A DNA stretch of 64,000 nt, taken from positions 16,988,001 to 17,052,000 of the forward strand of contig NC_082733.1 in NCBI RefSeq assembly GCF_030144855.1. The letters run 5' to 3'. The position numbers were made by a program, and so were the translations under genes. Within the stretch, counting starts at the first letter, position 1. Every line of letters begins with the position of its first letter. This document shows positions 24,111 through 36,454 of the stretch, piece after piece. The DNA comes from Hypanus sabinus (Eukaryota). The notes under the pieces were generated by a model, which saw nothing but the letters and a program-made list of their open reading frames with translations, did no database searches and had not been told where the DNA came from.

Positions 24111-25184
24111 TAACTTTCTTACTGGCTTTTGGAGCTGCATACCTCTGCTGCCCATCCTATCCAATGCCATTACCATTACAGTGCATGCTCCTGGTACAGT
24201 GAAGAGGGCAAGAAAAGCAGCAAAAAAACAGCAAGAACTTTAATACTTTTAAGTCACTTGCATCATTGGCAATAAGGAATTGTTTAGTCATTGGAAAAAT
24301 GAGAGTTCGGAGAAAGAAAGTATCAAAAATCAAACAACTCTCATCCTGGTATTTGTGACAGTGAGCTGGTGCCAAATCTGTTTGAGCTTGTAGCTAAAGG
24401 AAGTAATGAAGGTGAGAGTTCTCTGTAGATAGAGAAGAACAAGGAAGAGCAACAACAGATGAAAGAGAGCTGTCAGTCAAGGCATATATCTATTGAGAAA
24501 ATCCTTCTGTTGTTGTATCTATCAAACGTAATGGGAAAGAAAGGCTTCAACTTCGCAAAATTCCAATCAGAGTGACATGCAAGGAAACATGATCCCCTCC
24601 TTCAGTTTTCTTCAAAACTCCTCCAAGTGACAAGAAAATCTAATGTGAGCAGACAATACTGAGAGAGCTGTTTGTTGGGTCCAGAGGAACCAGCAGTTCA
24701 AATTTTCCTACAACCTTAGCCTCACCAATAGAGTGGATTGCAGATGAAAAACAGCAGTGGCTGAGTATTAAATTCCATCAAAATAATTCACCCAAGTTAT
24801 GTTGTATTGGATTGATGCAAGAAGAAAATTAAAAATTGTGATTAAGAACTATTTTCTCAAGACATTTACAGTAAAGAAATTAGTCATGTTACCTCAGATT
24901 TTGGAGAATGAGTGTCAGCCTCAAGTGCAAAAATCTTGGGTTTTATTAAGCCATTAATCAAGTTTGATGAGTGGCCACGTTATTCATGTGAAAGAGTCAT
25001 CTCTGCTGCTCCTATCCTGCTACCCAGCAATATCCTGCTGTTCCTTACCAGCCAACTGGAGAACAAAAAAGGACTTTGCCAGAGATAGATGAAGCAAGTC
25101 ATTTGCAAAGCCAACTAGTCACTGTTACACTGGCCAATACAAAGTTCAGCAGGTTCTGCTTTGGTTTCACATGGTAATAGTACA

Positions 25185-25627
25185 ATATAGAGTATTGGTC
25201 CCATTACTTAATGAAGGACATGAATACTTAGGAAGCAGCTCAATGAAAGTTTATTAGACAAGTACCTGGAATGGTAGAGGCACAAGAGACTCATCTATTA
25301 TTTGCCTGCTTCTGCTCCTCCCTCGTCCCTACCTTCTTATTCTGGCTACTGCCCTCTTTGTTTCCAGTTGTAATTAAAGGTCTCAGCCTGACCTGTTGAG
25401 TTCCTCCAGCAAAGTGCCCTGGAATGGTAGAGTTATATTCTGGGGAAAAGCTCAGCAAGACAGGCTTATATCCACTGGAGATTAGAAGAGTGAGATGTCT
25501 GAGAATCTGATGAATATTGACAAGGTAGATGTGGGGTGCGCAAGAACGTAGAACTAAGGAACACTTATAAAAAGGTCAGTCACGTTAGGTGGAGATAACT
25601 GCGGCGAGTTGCGAGTCTTTGAATCTC
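25185..25627 (+). mobile_element. Old CR1 3' fragment, left half; split by the Gypsy element and continuing at 40981-41150
   Basis: CR1-like ..GCTTATATCCACTGGAGATTAGAAGAGTGAGA..; joins seamlessly as GAGTCTTTGA-ATCTC-TCTTCCTCAAGAAGCAATGGAAGCAGAATCTTTGAATATTT. Confidence 0.7.
25280..25411 (+). mobile_element. Short PLE-tail insertion within CR1
   Basis: Ends GCCTGACCTGTTGAGTTCCTCCAGCA (PLE tail); flanked by direct repeat CCTGGAATGGTAGAG (25265-25279 / 25418-25432). Confidence 0.75.
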
Positions 25628-25894
25628 TATTGTGGCAAACCTAAACAACCTATTGGTCAACCGACAACTAATCTCAGGCTAACTTTCACTAATTGATCAT
25701 TGTTCCAATCAATGTCTTGAATGATGTTTGAGTAAACCATTTAACTAGTCATTCTTTGGGATGTATAGTTTAGTTTTCAGTTTGAGACTTGTAGTTGAGT
25801 GCTTTTATTGACTAAAGGAGTATTTCGAGTTCAGGCTTTATCCTGTCTCTTGGCTTTGGGTCTCATCGATAGCTATAGGTGGACGAACACAACA
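25628..25894 (+). repeat. 5' LTR of the outer Gypsy element
   Basis: Direct repeat of 40711-40980 (shared CACTAATTGATCATT.TTCCAATCAATGTCTTGAAT); ends ACAACA. Confidence 0.9.
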
Positions 25895-26104
25895 AATTGG
25901 CAGTGAGGTGCTGCATTATATCAACATGGCAATTTCAGCAGAAGACTTGTGCGCAATTCTACAATGAAAGCAAGCTCATTCTGAGGCAGCCCAGCTGAAG
26001 TTCATCGGAAGTTTAACCAACAGGTTAGCAGTGAGTCCAATGACATAGGTGTCAAACACTGAACAGAACTCGTGTGAGTCAGTCATTGTGTCCATGATCA
26101 ACTT

Positions 26105-29100
26105 CCAATTCAGGTTCAGAATCAGTTTTATTATCATTGGCATGAGATGTCAAATTTGTTAACTTAGCAGCAGCAGTTCAATGCAATACATAATCTAGCA
26201 GAGAGAGAAAAAATAATAAGAAATAAAATTAAAATAATAATAATAATAAAGCAGATCAATTACAGTATAAGTATATTGAACAGATTTTTTAAAAATATGC
26301 AAAAACAGAAATACTGTATATTAAAAAAAGTGAGGTCGTGTCCAAAGATTCAATGTCCATTTAGGCATCAGATGGCTGAGGGGAAGAAGCTGTTTCTGAA
26401 TTACTGAGTGTGTGCCTTTAGGTTTCTGTATCTCCTACCTGATGGTAACAGTGAGAAAAGGGCATGCCCTGGGTGCTGGAGGTCCTTATAATGGAAGCTG
26501 CCTTTCTGAGACACCACTACCTGAAGATGTCTGGGTACTTAGTAAGCTAGAACTCAAGATGGAGCTAACAAGATTTACAACCTTCTACACCTTCTTTTTG
26601 TCCTGTGCAATAGCAGCTCCATACCAGACAGTGATGCAGCCTGTCAGAATGCTCTCCATGGTACAACTGTAGAAGTTTTAGAGTGCATTTGTTGATATGC
26701 CAAATCTCTTCAAACTCCTAATAAAGTATAGCTGCTGTCTTGCCTTCTTTATGACTACATCGATATGTTAGGACTAGGTTAGATCCTTAGAGATTTTGAC
26801 ACCCAGGAACTTGAAGCTGCTCACTCTCTCCACTTCCGATCCCTCTATGAGGATTGGTATGTGTTCCTTCGTCTTACCCTTCCTGAAGTCCACAATCAGC
26901 TCTTTTGTCTCACTGGCACTGAGTGCCAGGTTGTTGCTGCAGCACCGCTCCACTAGTTGAATTGAACTGACTTTATTTCTTACATCCTTCACATACATGA
27001 GGAGTAAAAATTTTTATGTTAAGTCTCCATCTAAATGTGCCAACTGCAATCATAGTAACTTATAATAATTTATGATATATTGAACAGTCAATGTTGTTGG
27101 CATATCTCACTCCTGTACACCCTCTCGTCACCACCAGAGACTCTACCAAAAATGGTTGTATCATCAGCAAATTTATAGATGGTACTTGAGCTACACCTAG
27201 CCACACAGTCATGTGTATATAGAGAATAGAGCAGTGGGCTAAGCACACGCCCATTCCAGTGTTGATCGTCAGCGAGGAGGATATGTTATCACCAATCTGC
27301 ACAGACTGTGGTCTTCCAGTTAGGAAATTGAGGATCCAATTACAGGGGGAGGTACAGAGGCCCAGGTTCTGTCACTTCTCAATCAGGATTGTGGGAATGA
27401 TGGTATTAAATGCTGAGCTATAGTTGATGAACAGCATCCTGACATAGGTGTTTTTGTTGTCTAAGTGGTCTAAAGCTGTGTGGAATGCCATTTGAGATTG
27501 CATCTGCCGTTGACCTATTGTGGCGATAGGCAAATTGCAATGAGTCCAGGTCCTTGCTGAGGCAGGAGTTCAGTTTAGTCACGACCAACCTCTCAAAGCA
27601 TTTCATCACTGTAGATGTGAGTGCTATGGGCGATAGTCATTAAGGCATGTCACATCATTCTTCTTAGACACTGGTATAATTGCTACCTTTTTGAAGCAAG
27701 TGGGAACTTGCGCCCGTAGCAGTGAGAGGTTGAAAATGTCCTTGAATACTCCCACAAGCTGGTTGTCACGGGTTTTCAGAGCTTTACCAGGTACTCCATC
27801 AGGACCTTCTGCCTTGTGAGGATTCACTCTCTTTAAAGACATCGGCCTCTGAGACAGAGACGACAGGGTCATCAGGTGCAGCAGAAATCTTCACAGCTGT
27901 AGTTGTGCTCTCCCTTTCAAAGCGTGCATAGAAGGCGTTGAGTACAACTGGTAGTGAAGCATCGCTGTTATTCATGCTATTGGGTTTTGCTTTATAGGAA
28001 CGAATGTCTTGCAGACCCTGCCAGAGTTGCCATGCATCTGATGTCACCTCCAACCTCATTCAAAACTGTCTCTTTGCCCTTGAAATAGCCCTCTGCAAAT
28101 CATACCTCGTTTCCTGGTATAGGCCTAGGTCACCAGACTTGAATGCCACAGATCTAGCCTTCAGCAGACCATGTACCTCCTGGTTCATCCACGGCTTTTG
28201 GTTTGGGAATGTACAGTCAGTCTTTGTGGGCACACACTCATCCACACAGGTTTTAATGAAGTTGGTAACAACTACAGAATACACATCCAGGTTTGAAGAT
28301 GAATCCCTGAATACAGACCAGTCCACTGATTCAAAGCAGTCCTGTTGGTGCTCCTGTGCATTCCTTGTCCATACCTTCTTGGTCCTCACTACTGGTTTTG
28401 CAGTCTTCAGTCTCTGCCTATACTCAGGGAGTAGAAGTACAGCCAGGTGATCAGACTTCCCGAAGTGAGGGCGTGGAATAGCACGGTAGATATTCCTGAT
28501 GGTGGTGTAGCAATGTTCCAGTGTGTTATTTCCTCTGGTATTGCAAGTGATCTGCTGATGGTAATGACTTAGTGATTTTTTTCAGACTGGCCTGGTTAAA
28601 ATCTCCCAAAATGGTGGTGAAGGTGTTAGGGTGTGCTGTTTCATGCATGTTGATCCCATGGCTCAGATAGTCTAAAGCCTGCTTGACATTGGGCTGAGGT
28701 GGAATGTAAAATGCTACCAAAATGACCCCAGAGAACTCCCGTGGTATGTAAAAACGACGGCACTTTACAGCTAGATATTCCAGGTCTGGTGAGTAGAACT
28801 AGGACAGCACTGATATATATGTGCACCAAGAAGAGTTGATCATGATGCAAACTCCTCCACCTCTGCTTTTGAGAGACTCTATAAATCTATCCTTACGGTG
28901 TATAGTAAAGCCGTCGATCTGAATTGTTGCATCCAGTACGGAAGGGGTTAACCAGGATTCCGTGAAACAAAGGACATACGCAGACCTAATGTCTCTCAGA
29001 TTCAAAACCCTAGCTCTGAGATCATCGATTTTATTCATCAGAGACTGCATGTTCGCCAGCAAGATAGTCGGTATTGGGAGTTTACAAGCCCCTTTGCTTA

Positions 29101-29358
29101 AATGCACTTACAACCCCACCCTACACCCACACTTCCTCTGAGGTGTCCTATGTGGGCGCTTCCAACCTCAATTGGTATTGTTTCCATCCGTTTGAAGTAG
29201 CGATAGTTCATTTAAATGAATTAAGACATCTTTGCTGACTGTACTGACCTTGGAAGCAGTCGTGCTTTTTAGCTGTGCCAGGCTGAAACAGGGATATTTA
29301 ATCATATCCACTGAGAGTACTGCTGCTACTCATGTCATGCCTAGGTGCCCTGGAAGTA
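26105..29358 (-). mobile_element. Near full-length Rex1/Babar-like LINE inserted in Gypsy gag
   Basis: APE motifs ILLANMQSLMNK, LCFTESWL, RGGGVCIMINSSWC, ILGDFNQASL; RT motifs [45 protein letters not shown]; (TTCAGAA)-type tail at the left. Confidence 0.92.
26958..27095 (-). mobile_element. 3' tail of the 8860-11083 LINE family nested in the Rex1-like LINE
   Basis: Reverse complement of 10950-11083 (GGATGTAAGAAATAAAGTCA.TTCAATTC). Confidence 0.85.
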
Positions 29359-30104
29359 GAAAATGCCACCTCGGGCATTGCGTTTAAATCATGGTTTAAT
29401 CATTATGAAGATATATTTCATCAGTAATGACGACTCGTGGAAGACAGGTACTTTGTTCTGAAAATTGGGACCTGCTGAACATAAGTGTTATTTCAACTTC
29501 GTTCTGCCTTAGAACCTGCATGCCCTATCGTTTGATGAAACCGTCCAAAAGCTAACAAGTATTTTTGGAGAGCAGTCATCTTTTATCACTGCTCACTTCA
29601 GATGCCTAAAACACAATGCCGATGACTTCATCACATATGCCGTGTCATCAATCGCGAATGGGAGAAGTTCAAGCTAGGTAACATGACTGAATCACATTTT
29701 CAATGTCTGATTTTCATTTGCGCTCTTCAGGCTCTTGTTGATGCAGATATTTGCAAATGGTTCCTGGCCAGAATGGAGCAAGACTCTGATATGACTTTAC
29801 ACGCTGTCACTCAAGAATGTCAGCAGTTGATCAATCTGAAACACAGTTCCAGCGTGGTTGAATAAAACCATGTCAATGCAGATTTTGATGGCCCACAAAT
29901 GATCTCTCAGCAGGTTTCTAAGTGGCCAAGCACAGCTTGTTGGGCCTGCTTTACATGGCATTTGTGTAAGAAACTACCAATATGTGTTGTATTACATCTT
30001 GTAGAAGACTGGATTGAAGTCTGAATAGTTTAACTCTTTGTAAGCTCACAACATATAGGGTGTCTGTACATGTTCAACACTGTAGGTTTGTTAATGCATA
30101 TTGT

Positions 30105-30810
30105 CAGAATCAGAATAAGGTTTATTACCATCGGCGTGAGTGAAATTTGTTAACTTTGCAGCAGCAGTTCAATGCGATACATAATCTAGCAGAGAGAGAA
30201 AAAAATAAGAAAATAAAGCATAATAATTAATAAAGAAGTAAATCAATTACATATATTGAATAGATTTTTTGAAAGTGCAAAAACAGAAATACTGTATATT
30301 ACTCTTCCCTCCGGGAGAAGGCTCAGGAGCTTGAAGATTCGTACGGCCGGATTTGGGAACAGCTCCTTTCCAACTGTGATAAGACTGCTGAACGGATCCT
30401 GACCTGGATCTGGGCCGTACCTTCCAAATATCCGGACCTGACTTGCACTACCTTACTTTCCCTTTTCTATTATTCTAATTATGATTCACGATTTCAATTT
30501 TTACTATATTTACTTTGATTTGTATTTTAGGGAGTGCAAAGCACAGAAACAAATATCACTGTGAATCAATAGTTTGGTGACAATAAAGTAAAGTAAAGTA
30601 TTAAAAAAGTGAAGTAGTATCCAAAACTTCAATGTCCACTTAGGAATTGAATGGCAGAGGGGATGAAGCTTTTCCTGAATCGCTGAGTGTGTGCCTTCAG
30701 GCTTCTGTATCTCCTACCTGATGGTAACAGTGAGAAAAGGGCATGCCCTGGGTGCTGGAGGTCCTTAGTAATGGACGCTGCCTTTCTGAGACACCACTCT
30801 CGAAAGATGC
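30105..30810 (-). mobile_element. Rex1-like LINE 3' tail, same family as 26105-26530
   Basis: Near-identical to 26115-26530 (GCAGCAGTTCAATGC..CTCCTACCTGATGGTAACAGTGAGAAAAGGGCATGCCCTGGGTGCTGGAGGTCCTTA). Confidence 0.9.
30301..30600 (+). mobile_element. Second Rex1-like 3' tail nested in opposite orientation
   Basis: LPSGRRLRSLKIRTAGFGNSSFPTVIRLLN; (AAAGT)n tail; same 3' UTR as 52835-53010. Confidence 0.85.
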
Positions 30811-31673
30811 TTGCTAAAAGCAGCTGGATTCTTTCTTAGTTTTGGGCACCATTAACATGAGGATGTCTATTAATGGCTAAATGTCAGTTGCTCACTTTGA
30901 GAACTAGGTTGATGGATTCTTTCTTAGTGTCTGGCTTGATGGAAACTTCTTTGATTCAAGCTTATCACTTATGTGTAATACTAATGTTCTTTTGTAACTA
31001 ACAGAATCTTAAGTCCAAAATATTGGTGGATTGATGGATAAGCAGTGACCATTAAAATATATAATTGATTTATAAGGGTATGCAGAAACTCTGTTAATGA
31101 ACACAAGTTGTTTGAAGAAAAAAAAGAGCTAACTTAGTGGCATGAGAACAAATGATCAAAAGCTTGTCTGTCTCTGTGGGTCTCTCTACATTCGTGGAGT
31201 TCCTATTTATTGGGGTACTTTTGCTTGCTTCTTTGGACCACCCCTAGACCAAGGGTAATTGGTGATGGGATCCAGGGTGATTTCACAAGTTGGATTTCGG
31301 AGCCCCGCCAACAACAGCAACAATAAAGCAGTGACTAAGAATTGTGAACCCTGAAATCTTTGTGAAAATCTTTGTAAATTACTACATAGTGTTTGTGTGG
31401 TTTATTTGTGCTTTCTATTTCATGATAATAAATTAGGCTTAAGTTTCTTTGTTTTGTTGGACACCTATTTCCAGATCTCCTGGAACTCAAATTGCTTAGG
31501 TCTGATCAACCCAGCCCATTACACAATACAAAAAACATATTTGCAGCAAATGCCAATGCTGCAGTCATAAAGAAGGCTTTTGCCATCATTCACTGTCTTC
31601 TAGGCCAGTAAAACACAAAGACAAGAAGTTTCAAAAGTCATCTAAATCTAGAAGGACAAACACAATAAAATCT

Positions 31674-31774
31674 GTGGATGCTGGAAATCCAAGCAACAGA
31701 CCCAAATTGCTGGAAGAGCTCAGCAGGCTTAATGAAGGGTCTCGATCCAACACATTGACTTTTTCCTCTTTTCC
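31674..31774. mobile_element. Miniature inverted PLE-tail insertion
   Basis: Minus-strand PLE tail (GATGCTGGAAATCC..CTCAGCAGG) fused to a plus-strand hammerhead remnant (TAATGAAGGGTCTCG..CATTGACT); flanking repeat ATAAAATCT (31665-31673 / 31775-31783). Confidence 0.7.
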
Positions 31775-34700
31775 ATAAAATCTACAAGGATTTCAATGGT
31801 CACGTTGAAAGTTGACATTGCCCCCAGGAGAGGTTATGTCAACATAATTATCAACAATCAGTTGGTCAAGCTACAACTTGATATGGCGTCAGACATCACC
31901 AGTATCTCCAAACGCATGTGGCGGGCACTGGATCCCCATCAGTCTAATCAACTCATCACTACCTGCAGTGAATTGGGTGGAACTGCACTGCATAGTGAAG
32001 CTGAACAATAACCGATCAATGATATTTGTTACCTAACAGTCCAGCCAGATCTGAATGTCCTTGGTATTGACTTGATGGACAAGCTTGATCTCTGGAGCAT
32101 CCTTCTGGATGAGGTCTATATGATGACAATGGCCATTCATATCATGTCAATAAACATCATGCCATCATCAGTATGTGAGACCATACAACAACTGCAATAG
32201 TACTATGCAGCAGTGCTTCAAGAAGGTTTAGGGTGCTGCAGCAAACTGCAAGCAGAACTCCATCTCCATCCAGATGCAAAGCCAGTCTTCTGTCCCAAAA
32301 GACCGGTATAATAAGCTGCCTTACCAATCATGGAGCAAGAGTTAGATCGCCCGCAACAAGCTGCCGTGAACAAAGCTATCAACTACTCGAGTTAGGCAGC
32401 TCCAATAGTCATCATTGTTACCTTTTGTAACTCCAAAACATAAATCCAATTCAAAGGAAAACAAGAGAGCCAAAAGATGCAAATCTTTGTTTGCTTTTTT
32501 TTTACTTTAGCAAGACATGTGTATCACATGATAGTGTCATAATGTATGCAATTCACATATTTTTTACATATAACCCGTAAAGAATTCTTTAACCTAATAA
32601 AGAATGCTTAAACAAAATGTTTACAATATCACTGAAGTATTAATGAAATATTAACTACACAACACTCCTCAATGCTTATCTACAAACTTTAACTCAACAG
32701 AGAGTGCATCTCAACCAGATACACAGTATATTACATAATAAAACTATTATACTGCATATAGACATTCAAAACATAGTAAACTTTAGATTGCCCTATTCAG
32801 TCATAAAGATTTAATCGCTGTGGAGGCTTTCTTACTCTTTTTGGATAACAGTGGGGTGTGCAGGGGGAGAGGGGTCACTCTGGCAGAGAGACGTGGCTGT
32901 GAAACAATCTCTGGTTCTGGAGCCTCCTCCGTGGTGGTTGTAGGAGTTGATCCTGGGACTGCAGGAAGTGGTTCTGACAGCGGTAGCCACCTTTGTTCTC
33001 TAACAATGGGTGCTGCTGTCCTCAGCTGATTGTTGAGTCATCTCCAGATGGAATCTCTAATGTGTAGGAGAGTGGTCCAGTTCTGTCCTTGGACCCCAGG
33101 TACCCACTCTGACCACTTCTGTATTCCCTTGCCAGGACTGCTTGTTCAGGAGTGAACCATAGAACCTCCTTGTTTGAGAAGCCATCACTTTGTCTCAGCT
33201 GTTTGCCCTGCATACTCCTTCTGAGATTGGGGTTTTAGAGATCCAAGTGTGAACACAAGGGATGAGTTGCTTGTTTGGTGTGTGCTGCACTGCAATATGC
33301 AAGATGGAAATTGGTGAGCTTCTGATTCAGTGTCAGTGTAGTGTGTTCTGCTGACAATGCTCACAGAGTGTTCTTCAGACTCTCAACAAACCTTTCTACC
33401 AAGCTGAGTAGCATGGTGCTGATGTAACACGTCTTATTCCATTCATTTTCAGGAATGACTGAAACTGTTCTCCAACAATCTTTATGGTCCATTATCAATG
33501 ACCAAGTACTCTGGAACACTTGAGGCTTCTCAGTACATAAACAGTGTGCAAAGCTGTAGTTAAGTTTATTGGGAATTCTGTCAACTTTGTAGCTGCATCT
33601 ACTACTACTAAGAAAGTTGTTCCCTTGTGTGGTCCAGCAAAATCCACATGAGTCTTCTGCCAGGGCAATGCAAGCCATTCCCAGGGATGGAAAGATGCTG
33701 TTCTTAGCATCTTCTGGACTTGTTGGCATCCTAAACAGTCAATGGCATGCTGTACAATCTGCTGATATCTCCCAGGCTACCAGACAAAGCTTCAAACCAA
33801 CGCTTTCATTTTCATCACGGATAGATGACTGGCATGTAGCTACTCCAGCACTTTCACACTCAGCTTGAATGGTGCAACTCTCTCAATCCCCACATAGGGC
33901 AACCTCCATCAAGGGACAGTTCATCCTGATACTGGTAAAAATCAGAAATCTGAAGTTTCTTCTGCACATTTCAGCCATTTTGGCTGGCCACATTGACCTG
34001 AGGCAGTATGGAGTCTCTTCTGGTTTCCAATTTGATCATCTCTACTGTAATAGGGAGAGATTTATGTTAAGGAGAATATGTCAAGAGGGGTGTCTTGTTA
34101 TTGTAAATTTTTCTAGTATTTCCTTTTCTAAGGGTAAACAGGGCAATCCATCAGCACTTCCATGACTAATCACTCTTTTGAACTCAATCTTGTAATTATG
34201 TCCTCCAAGAAACAGAGCCCAACCCTGCATTGCTGTTAGTGGACACAACACACTCCTGTGGATCGAAAATGGGCACTAGTGGCTGATGATCAGTAATGAG
34301 GGTAAACTCTCTCCCAGACAAGTACTGGTTGAAATATTTTACACCCCAAGCCAGAGTCAAGGCATCTCTGTCAACCTGTGCATGATTTTTCTCTACAGAG
34401 GTAAGGAAATGTGATGCAAAGGCTATGGGGCATTCACTTCCATCGCTCATGATATGTGACTGACTGCATCTACACCGTAAGATGAGCAAGACATCACAGG
34501 CAAGCTCCACTGGATGACCTGGATAATGATGTGTGAGTACAGTGTCTGACATCACCATTTCCTTTACCTTTTTGAAATCCACCACACACTGCTTTGTTCT
34601 TTACCATTCCTTCCCAATCTGTAGGGCTGAGTTCCTATTATATTCGTTGAGATATCCTAAAAAGGACTGCAACTGTGACACCTCCCTTGTCCTTGGACCA

Positions 34701-36454
34701 CCCAACACTGCTTGAATTTTCTCAGCACACTTGTGTAATCCTTGTACATCAATAGTGTGACCACAGTAAGTGATGCTTGATTTAAGGAATTCACACTTCG
34801 TGCTCTGAACCCATAATCTTCTGATCTTTTTAACACTGTCTTGAGATCTTGGAGCTGTTCCTTCTCATCCTTACTGGTAACAATGAACACATCAAGATAA
34901 CACTGAGTGCCTTGGCAGCCTTGCAGCAGCTGGTCCATAGCTTTCTGCCAGAGTGCAGATACAGATGCTACTCCAAAATTAAATCTATTGTGGCGATAAA
35001 GCCCTTTGTGAGTGTTGATGCCGAGAAACACTTTGGACTCTTCTTCCATCTCCATCTGTAAGCAGGCATAAGGCAAGTCCACTATATTGAAGTGCTTTCC
35101 TCCAGAAAAATTTGTGAAGATATCCTGGGCAGAAGGTATTGATCTACTTTCAGTATTGGTTGACAGTGATCTTAAAATTCCCACAGATCCTGACAGACCC
35201 ATTCTTCTTGGCTACTGGGACCATTGGCATTGCTCAAGTGCTCCACCCAAACTTGGAAAGAATTCCCTCAGCATCCATGTGATCTAGCTCACTGTTTGGG
35301 ATGCTTTAAGTATGTTTTAAGATGGTTTAATGTAACTGGACAGGCTCCACAAAACTTGGGTGTGGCATCATTTAATACTACTTTACCCTTGGTAGGTTTG
35401 GGTTTTCCAATGCCATTCTTGAACATGACGTGGCATCTTTGAATAGCTTTCTTAATTTGCTTTCGGGGGATGTGACATGCAAATGATGGATGAATCTCAA
35501 TCAATTTGTAGTTGTCTCAGCCAAACATGACTACACAATCCTGACCCTCCTGTTTATACTACATACAAGCCCAATGTAGCTTGTTGTTATTTTATACCTT
35601 ACTGTTACAAATGTAATTCCTACAGGAATTATCTATTCTCAAGTATACTTCTTAGTTGGATATCTGCAGGCTTTATTTTCATGCCTTTAAAATGCCATTC
35701 AAAGTCATTTTGTGGAATGACTGAAACAGCCGAGCCAGTGTCTAATTCCATTTTAATTAATTTGCCGTTCACTTCTGGTATTGCTTGTCAATTGTTAATT
35801 TTCACATAATAAATTTGAAGGCTACCCACTCCTGTGTCACTCTTATTATCAGATTTTTCATCAGCAGCATGCAGATTAGCAATCTTTTTGAAACTGTAAC
35901 TTGACTTTTTAGCTTTTCCTCTTTCCCGTACAATCCATTTTGTTTGTCTGTCCTACATGCTTTTGTTTTGCATCCTACTTTGTTGCATTTTCTGCAAGTT
36001 TTGCCTTTAAGTCTACATTTGTCTGGTGTATGTAAGCTCCTGCAACAACTGTAACACCACCTCAACTGTAATACAATTTGTTTTGCCAACTCATTTGTAA
36101 CTGTTTGCTGCTTCCATTGATACCATGATTTTTTAAATAAGTGTTGTGCATCAGTTAGGAGTTATTTTTGAATCGATTCTTGAATTATTCCACAAACTAA
36201 ACAGTCTCTCAATGCATCTTTAAACCCATTACTGAAATGACAATGCTCAGACAATCTCTTCAATTCAGCCACAGATGCTAAAATGGACCCTCCCTTTTGA
36301 TTCCACTAATGAAATCTAGAGATCTGCAAACAACAATGGTTTCAGTTCTAACTTTCCTGCATTACATTCACAATTTCAGCAAAGCTCATTTCAGTTGATT
36401 TAGTTGGAGCAAACCATATGCCTTTAAATCCATTGCACTCAGTAAAATTGGTAG

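Larger units (their letters stand above)
29983..31523 (+). mobile_element. Solo LTR-like insertion in the Gypsy gag zinc knuckle, itself carrying LINE tails
   Basis: TG...CA termini; 5-bp TSD CAATA (29978-29982 / 31524-31528); removing it restores gag RNYQYKKHICSKCQCCSHKEGFC. Confidence 0.8.
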